Source: Raillietiella orientalis (taxonomy: Eukaryota). Taken from it: DNA of 64,000 bases. The stretch's first letter is position 1. Every line of letters begins with the position of its first letter. A model generated the notes under the pieces. That model saw nothing but the letters and a program-made list of their open reading frames with translations, ran no database searches and had not been told where the DNA came from. The stretch lies in assembly GCA_036172245.1 (NCBI GenBank), contig JAYWIR010000136.1, forward strand, positions 1 through 64,000. Direction: 5' to 3'. Positions 1 to 12,525 of this stretch are shown here, one piece after another. The position numbers were made by a program, and so were the translations under genes.

Positions 1-1689
1 GGGAACCCGCCTCTTCCGAGGCGGGTTGATGACCATTTTGGTTTCAGCCTCCTCAGGCACCTTGGGTACCTTTCCGGCTTCAACCCTCTCCATCTCCTCC
101 GTGTCTGTGCGTGGTCTGTCGGGTGACGATTCCCGGGATTCTCTCACGCTCATGGCACCCTCGCAGTCGGAAGTCATATCCACGCCTTCGACCTGGAGAG
201 GGGCTTTCCGGGGTTTGCTGGACTTCCTTCCAGCCTTCCGGCGGGGTGCCGCGGAGATGGAAACTTGGTTTCCGGCCAGCGCTTCGGGGTCGGAAGTTAC
301 CGACTCCTCGGTGGAGGTCGGACGCCTCACTGCCTTTTTGCCAGCCTTGGAGGGGTCTGGCTGCAGCGATGCAGCCAGCTCCTCCGCCGCACGCTCGAAG
401 GCGGCGTCATCCATCACGGTCTCGATGACGGACGCTTCCGCCGGTTCGCTCCCCACGCTGTTGACATTTTCAACAGTGGGTTGCTCGTCGGTAGCAGCGA
501 TTTCTACCTTGCGGCGTTCGGCGGGGACGCGTTCTTCGACTACGCTGCATTCTTTTAAATGCTCGCTAACCTGCTGTTTTTTATTTTGGTAGGCGAGCTT
601 TTTTTCGATTCGTCGTTCTTTCTTCGACTTTTTTTTCTTTTTCGCTGTGACTTCTTGCTATTCCAACACCTGACCGTTTTTGTCAATCTTTTCGGCATTC
701 GTTGCCGGGGTGTCGGCTGAGGCCTGGACCACGGGTGGGGGTGGCACAGCTTGAGCGGCAGCCTTCGCCGCCAGTTTTTTCTGAAGCAGCCGCGAGCGTT
801 TTTTCAGGTTCCTCGCGGAAACTACGCGCACTGCGGATTCTGGACACACTTCCTTCGTGTGGCCCATTGTTCCGCATACCAGGCACTGTACGTTGGGGCC
901 CCTTCTTTTGAGGTGTCCAGACGTGTTGCAGAAGCCACAGTATTTGGGCTTCCCCACGTACCAGAGGTCGACGCTTTCTCCGCCGACCAACAGTTTGTGG
1001 GGAAGGGTAGAGCCCTCCCGAACCGTTACACGGGCAGCCGTGAGGCCGCACTGAACAGTGGTTTAGTCCTCGAAAGGACTAGGCCTGTTCCATACTGCAT
1101 GGACCGTGCCTTATTTTCCCAACGCGGTGCGTAACTGTTCTCTCCGCATCCGCGCGGTAACTCCTGAAAGGTGTACCACCGTACTGTGGTCCGCCGTAAC
1201 GGGAAGGAGCCTGCGTGTCCTCATTACCACGGGGGTTTTAAGTTCACTTTGGACCAGATCTCCATGTTTGCAGATCACCTCTACGTACTGCCCCCCGCTA
1301 CGAATGGTCATAGCGTAAAGCTCCTCTTCTTTAACATCGAGAGCGCGCATCCCCTTCGAAAAGGCGCGCGCACTCTCAGCAGAATACAAATTTCCTACCT
1401 TGTAGAATAGTGATGGGTTATACCCCTCTTCCACATAGGCAGATAATTCTGCCGCGGCTGCAGGCGATGGCGCCGACACGACGGCTTTCCACGCCCGCGC
1501 AGCAGCGGGGAACGCTTTTGTGAGCGCGGACGCCCCCACCTCCTTCGCCACTGAGAGCGAAGTTGCCGCCGCCCCCTGGCACTCCACCTTCTCTAGAGGC
1601 AACGTTGCCGCCGCCATCTGGCACCCCATTTCTTCAGGAGGCGACGTTGACACCGCCCCCTGACACGTACTGGTGGTCGCGTGAGGCAT
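1..1689 (-). pseudogene. ORF1 gag-like zinc-knuckle protein, frameshifted
   Basis: MPHATT start at 1689; EGYNPSLFYKVGNLYS motif; knuckles CGFCNTSGHLKRR and CLVCGTMGHTKEVC; split over several frames. Confidence 0.85.
1550..1670 (-). repeat. Three degenerate 42-bp tandem units in the ORF1 N-terminus
   Basis: gttg(c/a)c(g/a)ccgcc recurs at 1562, 1604 and 1646; protein reads CQGAVSTSPPEEMG / CQMAAATLPLEKVE / CQGAAATS. Confidence 0.75.
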
Positions 1690-1783
1690 TGCTGCTTGAT
1701 CGACCACCACCACACACGAAGCCTACACCTAGGGACGGTTCCCGGCACGAGGAGCGCTGAGGAAACACGTCCGCTCTAGCCGA

Positions 1784-3673
1784 CGTAAAGCTTTCGACTG
1801 CGTCGACCAGGAGCTCCTTCTGGAGCTCCTGGAACGCTTGAGATTTCCGGCCGTCTTCCTGGCCTACCTGCGCTCCTGCTGGCGCTTCGCGTTCATGAAT
1901 ATTAATTTCAGCGGCCGGTATGTGTTCGGCTTGCCGGTTCGTCGTGCCATCCGGCAGGGTGACAGCCTCAGCCCCCTGCTCTTCAGCATCTACTTTGAGT
2001 TGCTGCTGAGAGCATGCAGGGAGACTTTGGCAACTCTGCCGAGCTCGTGTCCCGGCACGCCTGCCGTGTCGGCCTATGCCGACGATCTTCTACTCCTGCT
2101 TCCTTGGTCCACCCCGGCATCGGCGCTCGAGGATTTCTTCGAGTTACTATACCGTGGGACAGGCCTCCAGGTGAACAGGACCAAGTCGTCGTTGCTTTTC
2201 AAAGACTAAACGAGGGATGGACGGTCGGAATGGATCCGCTTGGGGATCCCCACGAGCAGGTACATCAAGTACCTAGGCATTCCGTTGGGGGACTTCTGCT
2301 CTGCAGAAGCCTGGTCCGACCGTCTACAAAAGGTGGAGCTGGCGTTCGGCCCGCTCCGGGACGGCAAGTTTCACTTGCAGGAACGGGCCATGGTATGGAA
2401 CGCTTTCGCGGATCCCCTCCTTCGCCCTTTACTTTTTCTGTGCCCTACCCTGTGTCAAATCAGGACACGGACTAGGGGCCTTATACGGAAAGCCCTCTGG
2501 GGCAACCGGAGGCCTTGCGTCCGGTTCAAAGACTTGTTCGCTCCACGCAGGGACGGTGGACTTGGTCTCCTGACGTTGGAGCGCTTAGAGCGACAGCTCC
2601 AATTTAGAATACTTGCCCTTGTGGCAAAGTTTTGCACAGCACCCTGGTTTGCACCAGCAAAACTCCTTGCTCACAGGGCAACCAGCTGCTTCGGATTGAC
2701 TTCAATCCTGGTAGCCAACGAACGCAGCCTGAACCATTGTGGTTATCAGCTGCGGGATTTGGTTGCTCTGATGAGAAACAACTTTTGGATCTCCTGCATC
2801 CCAGCGGACTGGACTACCTGGCTTCAGGAATCCGTATGCGCATGGGCTAAGATCGATGGCACCAGCGATGAGGACTTCTCCTGCATCCGCGGAGGGAGGC
2901 ACGCTGGTCAGCCACTCCAGGAGATCTTTTCCAACCCACGGATACTTCTGTGGGCTTTCTTCGCCCCCCTTGCTCCAGTGCTGCCTTCTCTCAGGTAAGT
3001 TCGGGACAGCAACCAACAGGCACCGTGGGAAGTGTCCTGCCTCATCGGAGGCAGGAAGAAATCACTGAAGGCGTGGACGCCGAGGGAACTAGCGGAAGCT
3101 AATACCCCGAGTGTCCCGCCGAACGGACTTTTACGCTGTGGCGCGCTACTCGGTATACCTCCGGAGGAGGTGAAGTGGCCCCCAGCGTCATGGGACAACG
3201 GCACCCTTTCCCTGTAGTGGAAGGAGACGGCGTTGCTTCTGCTCCACTGGGGACTTTTAAGCAGAGCACGCCTGTCTCGGGGGACATCGGGGAATGTGGA
3301 TGCTAGTTGTGCAGAGTGCGGGGAAAGGGAGACCTTCCACCACTTGATTCTGGAGTGTGTTTCCCTCCACGAAATGTGGGACAGACTCTCTTCGATTCTC
3401 AACATTCCGGAGGGTGACCCGAAAAATCTTTTCAGACGCCTTCTGACGCGAGACGGCTTGCCAGCCTCCGGGAGCGTAGCAGTGCTCTGCTGCATACGCG
3501 GTATCCTGGAGAAGTGGGCCGCGTCTAGGAGAGGAAGGACCAGCCGGAATGCCATCAACTGGGCAGCGATCTCCTTGGAGAAAGCGTGCCGTTGGCGCCG
3601 ACTTCAAAAACATTTGCCTGCACTTGTTCGGATCCGAAACCGGATGCAAAGGCCTGCTCACGACGCACCGTGA
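1784..3673 (+). pseudogene. ORF2 fragment (RT and C-terminal zinc finger)
   Basis: RQGDSLSP, YADD, KYLG and CAECGERETFHHLILEC motifs; stops at about 2207, 2996 and 3215. Confidence 0.88.
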
Positions 3674-3935
3674 TACCCTCCCTCCCTCCCCCTCCCAAGA
3701 AAACTTAGCCCTCCAAGCGTTTTTTTTTTTTGTTTTTGTTTTCTTTTATTTTTCCCGTCCCGGCGCCAGTGAAGAACCTGATCGACCTCCGGGTCGGTAA
3801 GGACAAGTGCTACTGAACTTCTGAACTGAATTTCTGACGTCGAAAAAAGAAAAATGTTAACAACATAGACTTTGTTACAAAATTTTGTAACTTCAAAATT
3901 TTAGTAATAAAAGCCCCGGCTTACCCGGGTGAAAA
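1784..3935 (+). mobile_element. 3' half of an element (RT C-terminal half, zinc finger, 3' UTR)
   Basis: Starts at RKAFDCVDQ; ends with a T-rich UTR and taataaaagccccggcttacccgggtgaaaaa. Confidence 0.88.
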
Positions 3936-4033
3936 ACCTGCGCCGGTACCACACGCGTTTTTGGTCAGCTCTCGAGAGCGAAGCCAAGACTAGGTGTTGT
4001 GTTGATTGGAAGTGCGGCCGTTCGAAGGCAGAA

Positions 4034-6990
4034 ATGCCTGAAGACGCCGCAGTACCTGCGACGGGAGATGTGAGGCCCACGTCTCCCCAATCTATGGAGG
4101 TGGGGTCATGCCCCACCAAAAAATCAGCCCCCGGCACCCCGGCGAGGGCGTGGAACAACGTGGCCGCGGCGGCTCCTTCGGACGTGGCCGCCGAAGTGCA
4201 GGCCTACATAAAGGAGGGCTACAACCCAGCCCTCCTTTACAAGGTAGGAAATCTTTATTCACCGCTTTCAACGCGGAAATTTGGAAACGCCATCCGTAGG
4301 ATGGAAATCTCTGACAAGGAGATTCTTTGCTTCTCGATTCGGAGCGGCTTGCAGTTTGCGGAGCTGATCTGCAAAGACGCAGCGCTCACACACAAACTGC
4401 TCTGCACGCCCGTTCCGTTCGAAGGGCGGAATCTCTTCTCACACACGGTGGATCACTCTATGGTGATCCACCTCACGGGTACAACGGTGCGGATGACCGA
4501 TGAAGCCATCCGCACTGAAATCAACAAATCCGCGGAGATATACGCGATGTGGTAAAAGCTTAACGCCTTTACTTATCGAGGCGCATTCAGTGGGCGAGTG
4601 GCCGCGCGCGTAGCTCTTCGCGAAAACAAAGAACTTCTTCACAAGCTTGAAGTCAACGACGAGCTCGTCGACCTCTGGTACGTTGGGAAGAAAAAATACT
4701 GTGGGCAGTGCAACACATTCGGGCATCTTAAAAAAAGATGTCCGGATGCCACATGCCCACCCTGCGGCGTGAAGGGCCACACTAGTGCTGTGTGCCCGGA
4801 GAACGCCGCGACAACGCCTTGAGCCCCTTCGACAAATAAGCGGAAGAAGGCAGAAAACCAAAAAAGACGCGACCAACAGACGACCTCAGAAGAAGTCGTG
4901 CACCAGGAGAAGGAGCCTCCAAAGGAGACTTCTGAGCCCACTGCCGAAGAGGAGAACTGGAAAGTCGTTTCAAACAAAAAAGCAAAAGAAACACACAAAA
5001 AAAAACAAAAACTCCTACAAAAAATAACAAAAATCAGAACACAAGCGTTCCGAAAAAACCCGCGGTCGGCAAGCCAAAAATTTCGCCGCGCGAGTCCATA
5101 AAGGAATCCCGTGTTACAATCCAGAGCGTTCCGTCGATCGAGCGTCGATCGGCGAACGCGACTCCCGCAACCGTCGCGAACGCCGCGGAACCGCCGCAGG
5201 AATCCTGCTACAAACACGCGAGCAGCAGCGACGAGAAAAACTTCGCGAAGGCGGCGATGCCACCCGGATACGCCGGGACGTTTATTAAAAACATTTCAAC
5301 GGTCAATACAGAACGTGGTACAAGGCCCCACTGACGGCCACGGAATGCCGGAACTGCCGGGACACCGGGACGCAGCCCGGTATGGCTCTCCACGGCAGTA
5401 AAGGGGGATGAAGGAAAAAACAAAAATAAAATAAAATAGAAAAACAAACCACAAAAATAGTTTGGAGGACCGGGAAGGGATCACAGAAAACTGCTGGGAG
5501 CGCCCATCCTTTGCAGGATGCCTTCTAGTTCCATTTTCAGCTTTCCTAGATGGGGCCATCGGATAGCTCTCTGCAGAAAGCGCGAAGCATACTCGATGAC
5601 GTCCCTCACGATGCAGTCTTCATCTTCGGCATCACTCCAGGCCGCCACGATACCACGAATGCAGCAAAGGGCTGCCAGGGCTGCGGCTGGACTGAGAGCG
5701 TCCCACACGAAGACAAGACTGACGATACATTCAACATTGCCACCATCCGGTATCCGGAGGGCCGTTTTCAGACGATCCCAAAGAATCCGGACGGCAGGGC
5801 ATTCAACTAAGAGGTGGGAAAGCGACTCCCGCTCCCCACACTTGGCACACGCAGGATTTACTCTTCCCCGCGTCCAGTGGAAGCGGCGCGCGTTGCAGGG
5901 TAGACCCCAATGCAGCCACAGAAGCGCCGATTCTTGCCACTTCAAGGGGAGAATCCTGGATCCAAGTAGAACCCGGGGCCACTTCAGGTCATCCAATCGA
6001 ATGCCGAGCAGTTCGCTCCATCTTTTTAATCCACGCGGCTGGAGACTAGGGGTCGTTGCATCTGTCAACTCTCCCATGGTCCAGCCGCTCATCATCTTCT
6101 CTCTGCCTGCGATACGGCAGCAGACTTGCCACCTTGGCTTCCGGCTTCCGTGAAGCGCCCTTTGGAGGAAGGGCAACGCCGTAACAAGGAATGTGCCTTC
6201 CGCCCACGTGCAACTCGGTGGAAATTCAAGAATTTCACGGAGTGCGGCGGGCGTATAAGCCGACTCGCAGGCAGTTCATCCGGTCTTCGCACCTTTGGTT
6301 CTGCTTATCCCAGGTGCCAGCAGTCTCTTCCAGCCAAGCGGAGAAGTTGGCAGGGCCACAAACCATCCAGTCGTTCTCCTTTGCCAGGGTTGCCATGCGG
6401 TCGAGCATTAGACCGCATCTTCGAATCTTCCGGCCAGGGCACAGAAGAAACGATGCGAGTCCTTCGCAGCGGGACACACGCCTGGCTAGGAGGCGGGCCG
6501 GAATGCACCAAGCGGTGCTCCACATCTTCGCTGCGATGGCGAGGGTCCGCCATCGCAGCTGGATTTCCACGTGAAGGCGGCGGAGGAACTCGCGGCCAGC
6601 TTAATGCAGCCGCCTAAGGCTGCAAAGAAGGCCGTCAGACGTCCGACGGAAGTTAAGGGCCCGGAAACTTCCGGGTCCGAGGCCGAAGCCGGAAACCCTC
6701 CCACCGTCGCCCTTCCGAAGAGGAAGGCGGGCCGGACGTCGCGCAACCCTATGCGCGTAGCTCCCCTTCAGGCTGAGGAGAAGGAGATGCGCTCGGATAG
6801 CGAAGAGGCGATGTCCGCCAGGTCGCGGGATGCCTCCATCGACAGCATCCGGTCGGTCCTTCCTATCGACCTCAGTCCGGCTGCAGACGTTCCGGTCGTT
6901 GCCGAAACGCCACCACCGCAGATGGACAACGACCAGCCGCCTCCCGAACAGGAGGCGGCAATACACACGCCACCACCATCACTAGTATGA
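4034..6990 (+). pseudogene. ORF1, disrupted and interrupted
   Basis: MPEDAAV start; CGQCNTFGHLKKRC and CPPCGVKGHTSAVC knuckles; internal stops; FAKAA|EELAA split by the insertion. Confidence 0.85.
5257..6572 (-). mobile_element. 5'-truncated element inserted antisense, 10-bp TSD
   Basis: TSD gaaggcggcg at 5247-5256 and 6573-6582; ORF2 C-terminus with CAKCGERESLSHLLVEC; stop at 5481; terminal hairpin. Confidence 0.9.
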
Positions 6991-7872
6991 TGCCTGGAAT
7001 CGCCTCTTGCCGGCAGCTCCGTATAGCCTGTTGGAATGTCAACGGGCTGCGTAGCGGAAGCAAGAGGCGTAACGTGGCCGACACCCTGCGAACTTTCGAT
7101 CTGGCACTTCTTCAAGAGGTGCATGCCCTGAGAGCAGAAGACGTTCAGGAAATCGAGACGCTCACAGGGGGGAGGCTACTTTGGCGTGGTGGAGGAGACC
7201 ACTCCCGCGGAGTGGCCTTCCTGCTGAAGCCAGCGGTCGCCAATGCGGTGCGCAGTGCACAGTTCGACGAGGAAGGTCGAGTCGGACAACTTGTCCTTAA
7301 GTGGTCCGAATCGATCGACCTCGTAGTCACGAGCCTGTATGCGCCCTGCACCAGCCACAGGCGCGCAGAACGCACTGCGTCCCTCGAAGCCCTGCGGCGA
7401 GAATGGCTGGCCGAAGCAGGCGTGCGGCGGGCGCATCTGATAGCGGGAGCCTTCAACGTCCGCCTGCTGTCGGAAGCGCCCGACATACGAGCACAATTGT
7501 TCAACGAGTTGTGTGCGGCTATGCACACACGCAACTTGTTGGCCGATGAAGCCGGAGCGAGAAGCAGAATCCACCACGTGTTCCTTGATAACCACTTGTG
7601 TACGCGGGTGAGGATTCGAGGAGCAATTGCGTCGGAGCTGTCCGATCACCCTCGGCTAGTGATCAACATTCATCCGCGCGACAGAGTTCCACCCTCCGAA
7701 GCGTGGCACCTGCCGGGGGACTAGTTGCGACTCGCAGGAGCGCGAGAACATCTGCGCGCATTCCTGCGTAGTTGCGAACTGCAGACTCTCGCTGACTGGG
7801 ACAAAATTAAACGCTCAGTCGGAGAGTTCTGTGACCAGTGTCCACTCCATCAACTTCCTCCAGGTTTCGGCG
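6990..7872 (+). pseudogene. ORF2 N-terminus, AP endonuclease domain
   Basis: CWNVNG, LQE and SDH motifs; the GDFN motif reads GAFN; stop at 7722. Confidence 0.88.
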
Positions 7873-8289
7873 ATGCCACCCGGATACGCCGGGACGTTTA
7901 TTAAAAACATTTTAACGGTCAATACAGAACGTGGTACAAGGCCCCACTGACGGCCAGGGAATGCCGGAACTGCCGGGACACCGGGACGCAGCCCGGTGTG
8001 GCTCTCCTCGGCAGTGCAGGGGGATGGGGGAAAAAACAAAAATAAAATAAAATAGAAAAACAAACCACAAAAAAAAAAAGTTTGGAGGGCCGGGAAGGGA
8101 TCACAGAAAACTGCTGGGAGCGCCCATCCTATGCAGGATGCCTTCTAGTTCCATTTTCAGTTTTCCTAGGTTGGGCCATCGGGTAGCTCTCCGCAGGAAG
8201 CGAGAAGCATACTCGATGACGTCCCTCACGATGCAGTCTTCATCTTCGGCATCACTCCAGGCCGCCACGATACCACGAATGCAGCAAAG
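7873..8289 (-). mobile_element. Short 3'-end fragment, same subfamily as 5257-6572
   Basis: Close copy of 5257-5670 including the terminal hairpin. Confidence 0.88.
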
Positions 8290-9508
8290 TGCCCCTCCGC
8301 CCGGGGGGGATGCAATGGTGGAGGAACCAGTGGATGGCAGCGTGGGAGCCCAAGTCGGGCATCACTCACGTGCGGAAGCCGACGAGGAGGCGACTCCAAT
8401 GGAGGAGGGTAACCAGGGGTCAGCAATGCCCTCTGAAACCGCCAAACCTGAACCACCCGCATTGAAGGATGTGGGCCAACAGGTACGAACAACACCCCCT
8501 TCGCACGAGCATCCGGAGACGTCGGCACGAAAGAAGGAGGAGGAGTTGGTGGGCAAGACGCCAACCGCGTCCAGCGACATGCGCCAAAAGTTGGCGGAAG
8601 CACCACCGCCAGGTTCCCAGGTATAACACCTGGACTCGCCTGTCGTCGTCGGATCCGCGCGGCCAGTTGGAATGTTAACAGGCTGCGCGTCGACATAAAC
8701 AGACGAGATACAGACGCCACCTTTCGAGATTTCGACCTGGTGCTTTTGCAGGAGATCCACGTTATCACCGCAAAAGACGCACAGGAGATCAAAACGATCG
8801 CGGGAGGGTGGTTGTACTGGCGATGCGGCGCCCGCAACACTTGTGGGGTCGCGTTCTTCCTAAAGCCAGCCATTAACGCGGCCGTGAAGGGCGTGCGCTT
8901 TGGGGACGACGGACGGATCGGCCAACTGATTATCAGATGGTCCGATTCGATCGACCTCATCGTCACCAATGTGTACGCGCTTAGCGGTAAACAGGGATAC
9001 CAGCAGCGCAATGTTTTACTGGGAACCTTGAAGCGCGAATAGCTGGTGGACGCGGACGTGCGAAAGGCGCATCTGATAGCAGGGGATTTCAACGTCCGTC
9101 TGCTCTCAGATCAGCACGGAGCACAGGGTGACGCGTTCAGCGAGTTGTGCGCCGCCATGCGCGCGCGCAACTTGTTGACAGAAATAAGCGGGATGGTCAG
9201 CAGCGTGGACCACGTCTTCCTCGACGAAGACCTGTGCACACGGGTTCGAAAACGAGGGACACTTGGATCGACGCTCTCGGACCATTCCCGGATATTATTT
9301 GAGATGCGCCCTCGAGACAAGGGACCGCCATCCAGGGATTGGCGTATGCCAGGGGACTGGACGCCCCTGTCAGGAGCGAAAGAACATCTTCGCGAATTCC
9401 TGCGAGGCGTCAGCCTCCAGAGTCTCGCGGATTGGGACCTATTTAAGGACTCGGTCCGGGAGTTCTGCGAACAGTTCCCTGTACAACGTCTGCTCCAGGG
9501 ATTCGGCG
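8290..9508 (+). pseudogene. ORF1 C-terminus (to 8626) plus ORF2 APE domain fragment
   Basis: SWNVN, LQE, AGDFN and SDH motifs; stop at 9040; ends at QGFG. Confidence 0.85.
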
Positions 9509-12500
9509 TTATCATTCGGGTACCCCCGGGGCGTATATTAAAAAACTTCACATGCGTGGTCCAAGGCCCCACCACTGCCGTAAACACAGGACCTGTCGGG
9601 ACACCGGGACGCAGCCCGGCGTGGCACTCCCCGACAGCGAAATCGGATAAGGGGAAAAACAAAAAGAAAAATAAAGACATAAAAAAACAAAAAGGGTTTG
9701 GAGGGTAGGGTAGGGATCACTGGTCGCTGTGAGGAGAACCCATCCTTCGAAGAAAGCCCTCGAGTTCTTTCCGCATATCTCCCAGTTGGGGCCATCCGGC
9801 AGCACTTCGCAAGAAGCGTTGGGCATACGGGATGACATCCCTCGCCTATGGACCCACTCCTTCGTTATTGGCGTCGCTCCATGCCGACACGATGCCACGG
9901 ACGCAGCACATGGCTACGATGCCTGCGGCTGGCTGCAGTGCGTCCTTCACGAAGAGGGGCCGAAGAACGTCTCTGGAAGTGCTGCCCGTAGGGAGCCCGA
10001 GGGTCGTCCCGAACCGTTCCCAAAAAGGACGGAGGGCACCACAATTTACAATAAGGTGGGAAAGCGAGTCCTGCTCCCCGCACCTGGCACACGCAGGATC
10101 CACAGCTCCCCTTGTCCAGTGGAAGCGGCGCGCGTTGCAGGGTAGACCCCAGTGCAACAGGAGCAACGCCGACTCTTGCTACTTGAGGGGCAGAATCCTG
10201 GATTCCTTTATCACCGGGAGCCTCTTCAGCTCATCCCTGGGGATGGCGAGCAGCTTGCTTTATCTTAATAACCCTCGCGGCTGGACGGTCTCGGTCGTGG
10301 CGTCGGCCAGATCTCCTGTTGTCCAGCCGCTAATCAACTTCTCGCGTCCCTCGATGCAGCAGGAGACTTGCAACCTCGGCGTCCGTCTGCTGTGAAGTGC
10401 CCACCTCATGAAGGGCAGCGCCGTAGCTAAGCAGGTCGTCTCTGCCCACGTGCATCTTGCTGGACTCTTTAGGAGATTCCGCAGCGTGCAGCGGGCGTAG
10501 CGGCTGCATCGAAGACGATTCCACGTCTCGCGGATGCTCTGGTTGACCACTGACCACGTTTCAATATTCTCCTCCAGCCAGGCGGGGGAGTTGGCGGGGC
10601 GGCAAACCATCCAGCTTTTCTCCTTGGCCAATGTTGCTATGCGCGCGAGCGGTAGGCCGCATCTTCGCATCTTCCGGACACGGCTCAGAAGAAAAGACGC
10701 GGATCCATCGCACCGAGACACACGGCAGGCCAGGAGGCGGGCCGGAACGCACCAAGGGGTGCTCCACATCTTCGCTGCGATGGCAAGGGTTCGTCACCGC
10801 AGCTGCTTCTCCACGCGCTTTAGCGTCAGGAGGCCAAGACCAACGTCCCGACGCGGAGCGCACAAGTCTCTCAGTGGTACTTGGGGCTTCACCTTACCCC
10901 AAAGGGCGACACGGAGGAGATCCTTCGTCCTCTTCTTGGATTCCACGGTATAAGGGCAAACAAAAAGCAAGGGACGGAGGATAAGGCCCGCGAATTGGTT
11001 TCAAACCGCGGCCCGTTCCGGCAAGTGAAACTTGCCTTCCAGGAACGGGCCGATCGCCGTCTCGACTTTTTGGAGGCAGCTGGACCACGCTTTCGCAGGG
11101 GTGAATTCCCCCAACAGCACACCGAGGTACTTGATGCAACTCACCGTGAAGATCCCCAGACGGAACCAGTCCTGCTGCCCTGCCCACGCCGCACCTATTG
11201 GCACAACCGACGATTTCGCCCTGTTAACCTGCAGTCCGGTATCGCGGCTGAGCAGATCGAAGAAGTCTCCGACCGCCTTTGCCGGGGTGGACCCTGGCAA
11301 CAAGAGCAGAAGATCGTCGACGTACGCTGCAACGGCGGGCGTGCCGGGTCACGAGCTCGGCAATGGAGCCAGAGTCACCCTGTACGTTCTCAGCACCAAC
11401 TCTAAGTAGGTGCTGAAGTGCAGGAAGCTTAGACTATCTCCCAGCCTTATGCCCCGATGCTCCGGCACGCCATGCACCTTGTGACCGCTGAAAGAGACGG
11501 TAATCATTGCATTCCGCCAGCAAGATAGCAGGTAGGAAATCAGGGAGGGTGAAACGCCCATGCAACCCAAAAGCTGCAAGAGAGGTTCCTGGTCTACACA
11601 GTCGAACGCCTTGTGGAGATCGACTGCGAGCGCTAGGGCCCCCTTCCCTGCCCGGGTATCCCTTCCCAGCCCGGCTGGCGGCCCCAATGCGGGGTTGCCG
11701 ACTTTCCCTATCCCTTTCTTTTCTCTTCTCTGCAGGTGCACCCATGTGCTTGCGAAGAAGAGGTTGGCATCCATACTTCGCCCGGGAACAGCATAAGTCT
11801 GCTCCGGGCTAATTACGGATTCTGCCACCTGCCCCAGACGCGAAGCCCATAGCCCTGCTATCAACTTGGCGTCCGTATTCACGATTGTGATCGGACGCCA
11901 GTTCTTTAAATTCCTGAGGTCTCCCCCTTTCGGTAGGAGCCTCACTCTGGCTGACCGAAACGAGGCGGGAACATCGCCTTCGTCTCGGATCAGCCTGACC
12001 AACTTAAGCAGCAGGGGTGCCAGCTCTTCCGCGAAGCTCAGAAAGAATTCCGCAGGCAAGCCGTCTTCCCCTGGAGCTTTACGCCTCTTGAGCCTTTTGA
12101 TACTGGCGAGAATTTCGCCGGTGGTAAAAGGCTCGTCGACGCTTTCCATCTCCTACTCCCCTGTTGCCGGGGCGCCATCCGGAAGCAAGCGCCAAGAGGC
12201 GTTCCTATCCGGAAGCTCCCTGGCGTAAAGGGAGGAATAAAAACATCACACGAGATGCCGCACCGACGCCGCTGACAAACATTCCCGGCCCTGGTCTTCC
12301 AGCTAGCTGGCCGAACCGGATTGCCAGGCTAGGCGTTCGGCCCCGGCGCGGTAATCAGCCAGGCGACGGACATTAAGGGTTCTCTCGTACCTACGAGCCT
12401 GCAAATAGGCCCTATGGTTGCAAGCACCCTTGCCGAATCCGGAGGGCAGGCGATCCATGGGGAACTGCTCACAGAACTCGCGGACCGATTTCTTAAAAAG

Positions 12501-12525
12501 GTCCCAGTCGTTGAGATTCCGGAGC
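9509..12525 (-). mobile_element. 3' two-thirds of an element (subfamily C), degenerate ORF2 ending at 9717
   Basis: KAPGEDG, WRPITIVN, DLHKAFD, YVDD and the CARCGE zinc finger; 3' UTR and terminal hairpin. Confidence 0.88.

Larger units (their letters stand above)
1..1783 (-). mobile_element. L1/Tx1-like element, 5' portion (subfamily A), runs off the window start
   Basis: 5' motif GAGCGGACGTGTTT on the minus strand near 1763-1777, followed by ORF1. Abuts an RT fragment at 1784. Confidence 0.85.
3948..7872 (+). mobile_element. 5' half of an element (subfamily B), with a nested insertion at 5257-6572
   Basis: GCAGAAATG start context, then ORF1 and the APE domain; cut at the PGFG motif by another element's 3' end. 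Confidence 0.85.

Noticed and set aside
3715..3755. T-rich tracts as intrinsic terminators or poly(A) tails of opposite-strand elements
   Set aside because: They sit at a fixed internal position of the 3' UTR, between the ORF2 stop and the structured region.
3750..3830. Known self-cleaving ribozyme (HDV-like or hammerhead) in the UTRs
   Set aside because: I could not fit the required catalytic core or nested pseudoknot by eye. Reported only as unassigned structure.
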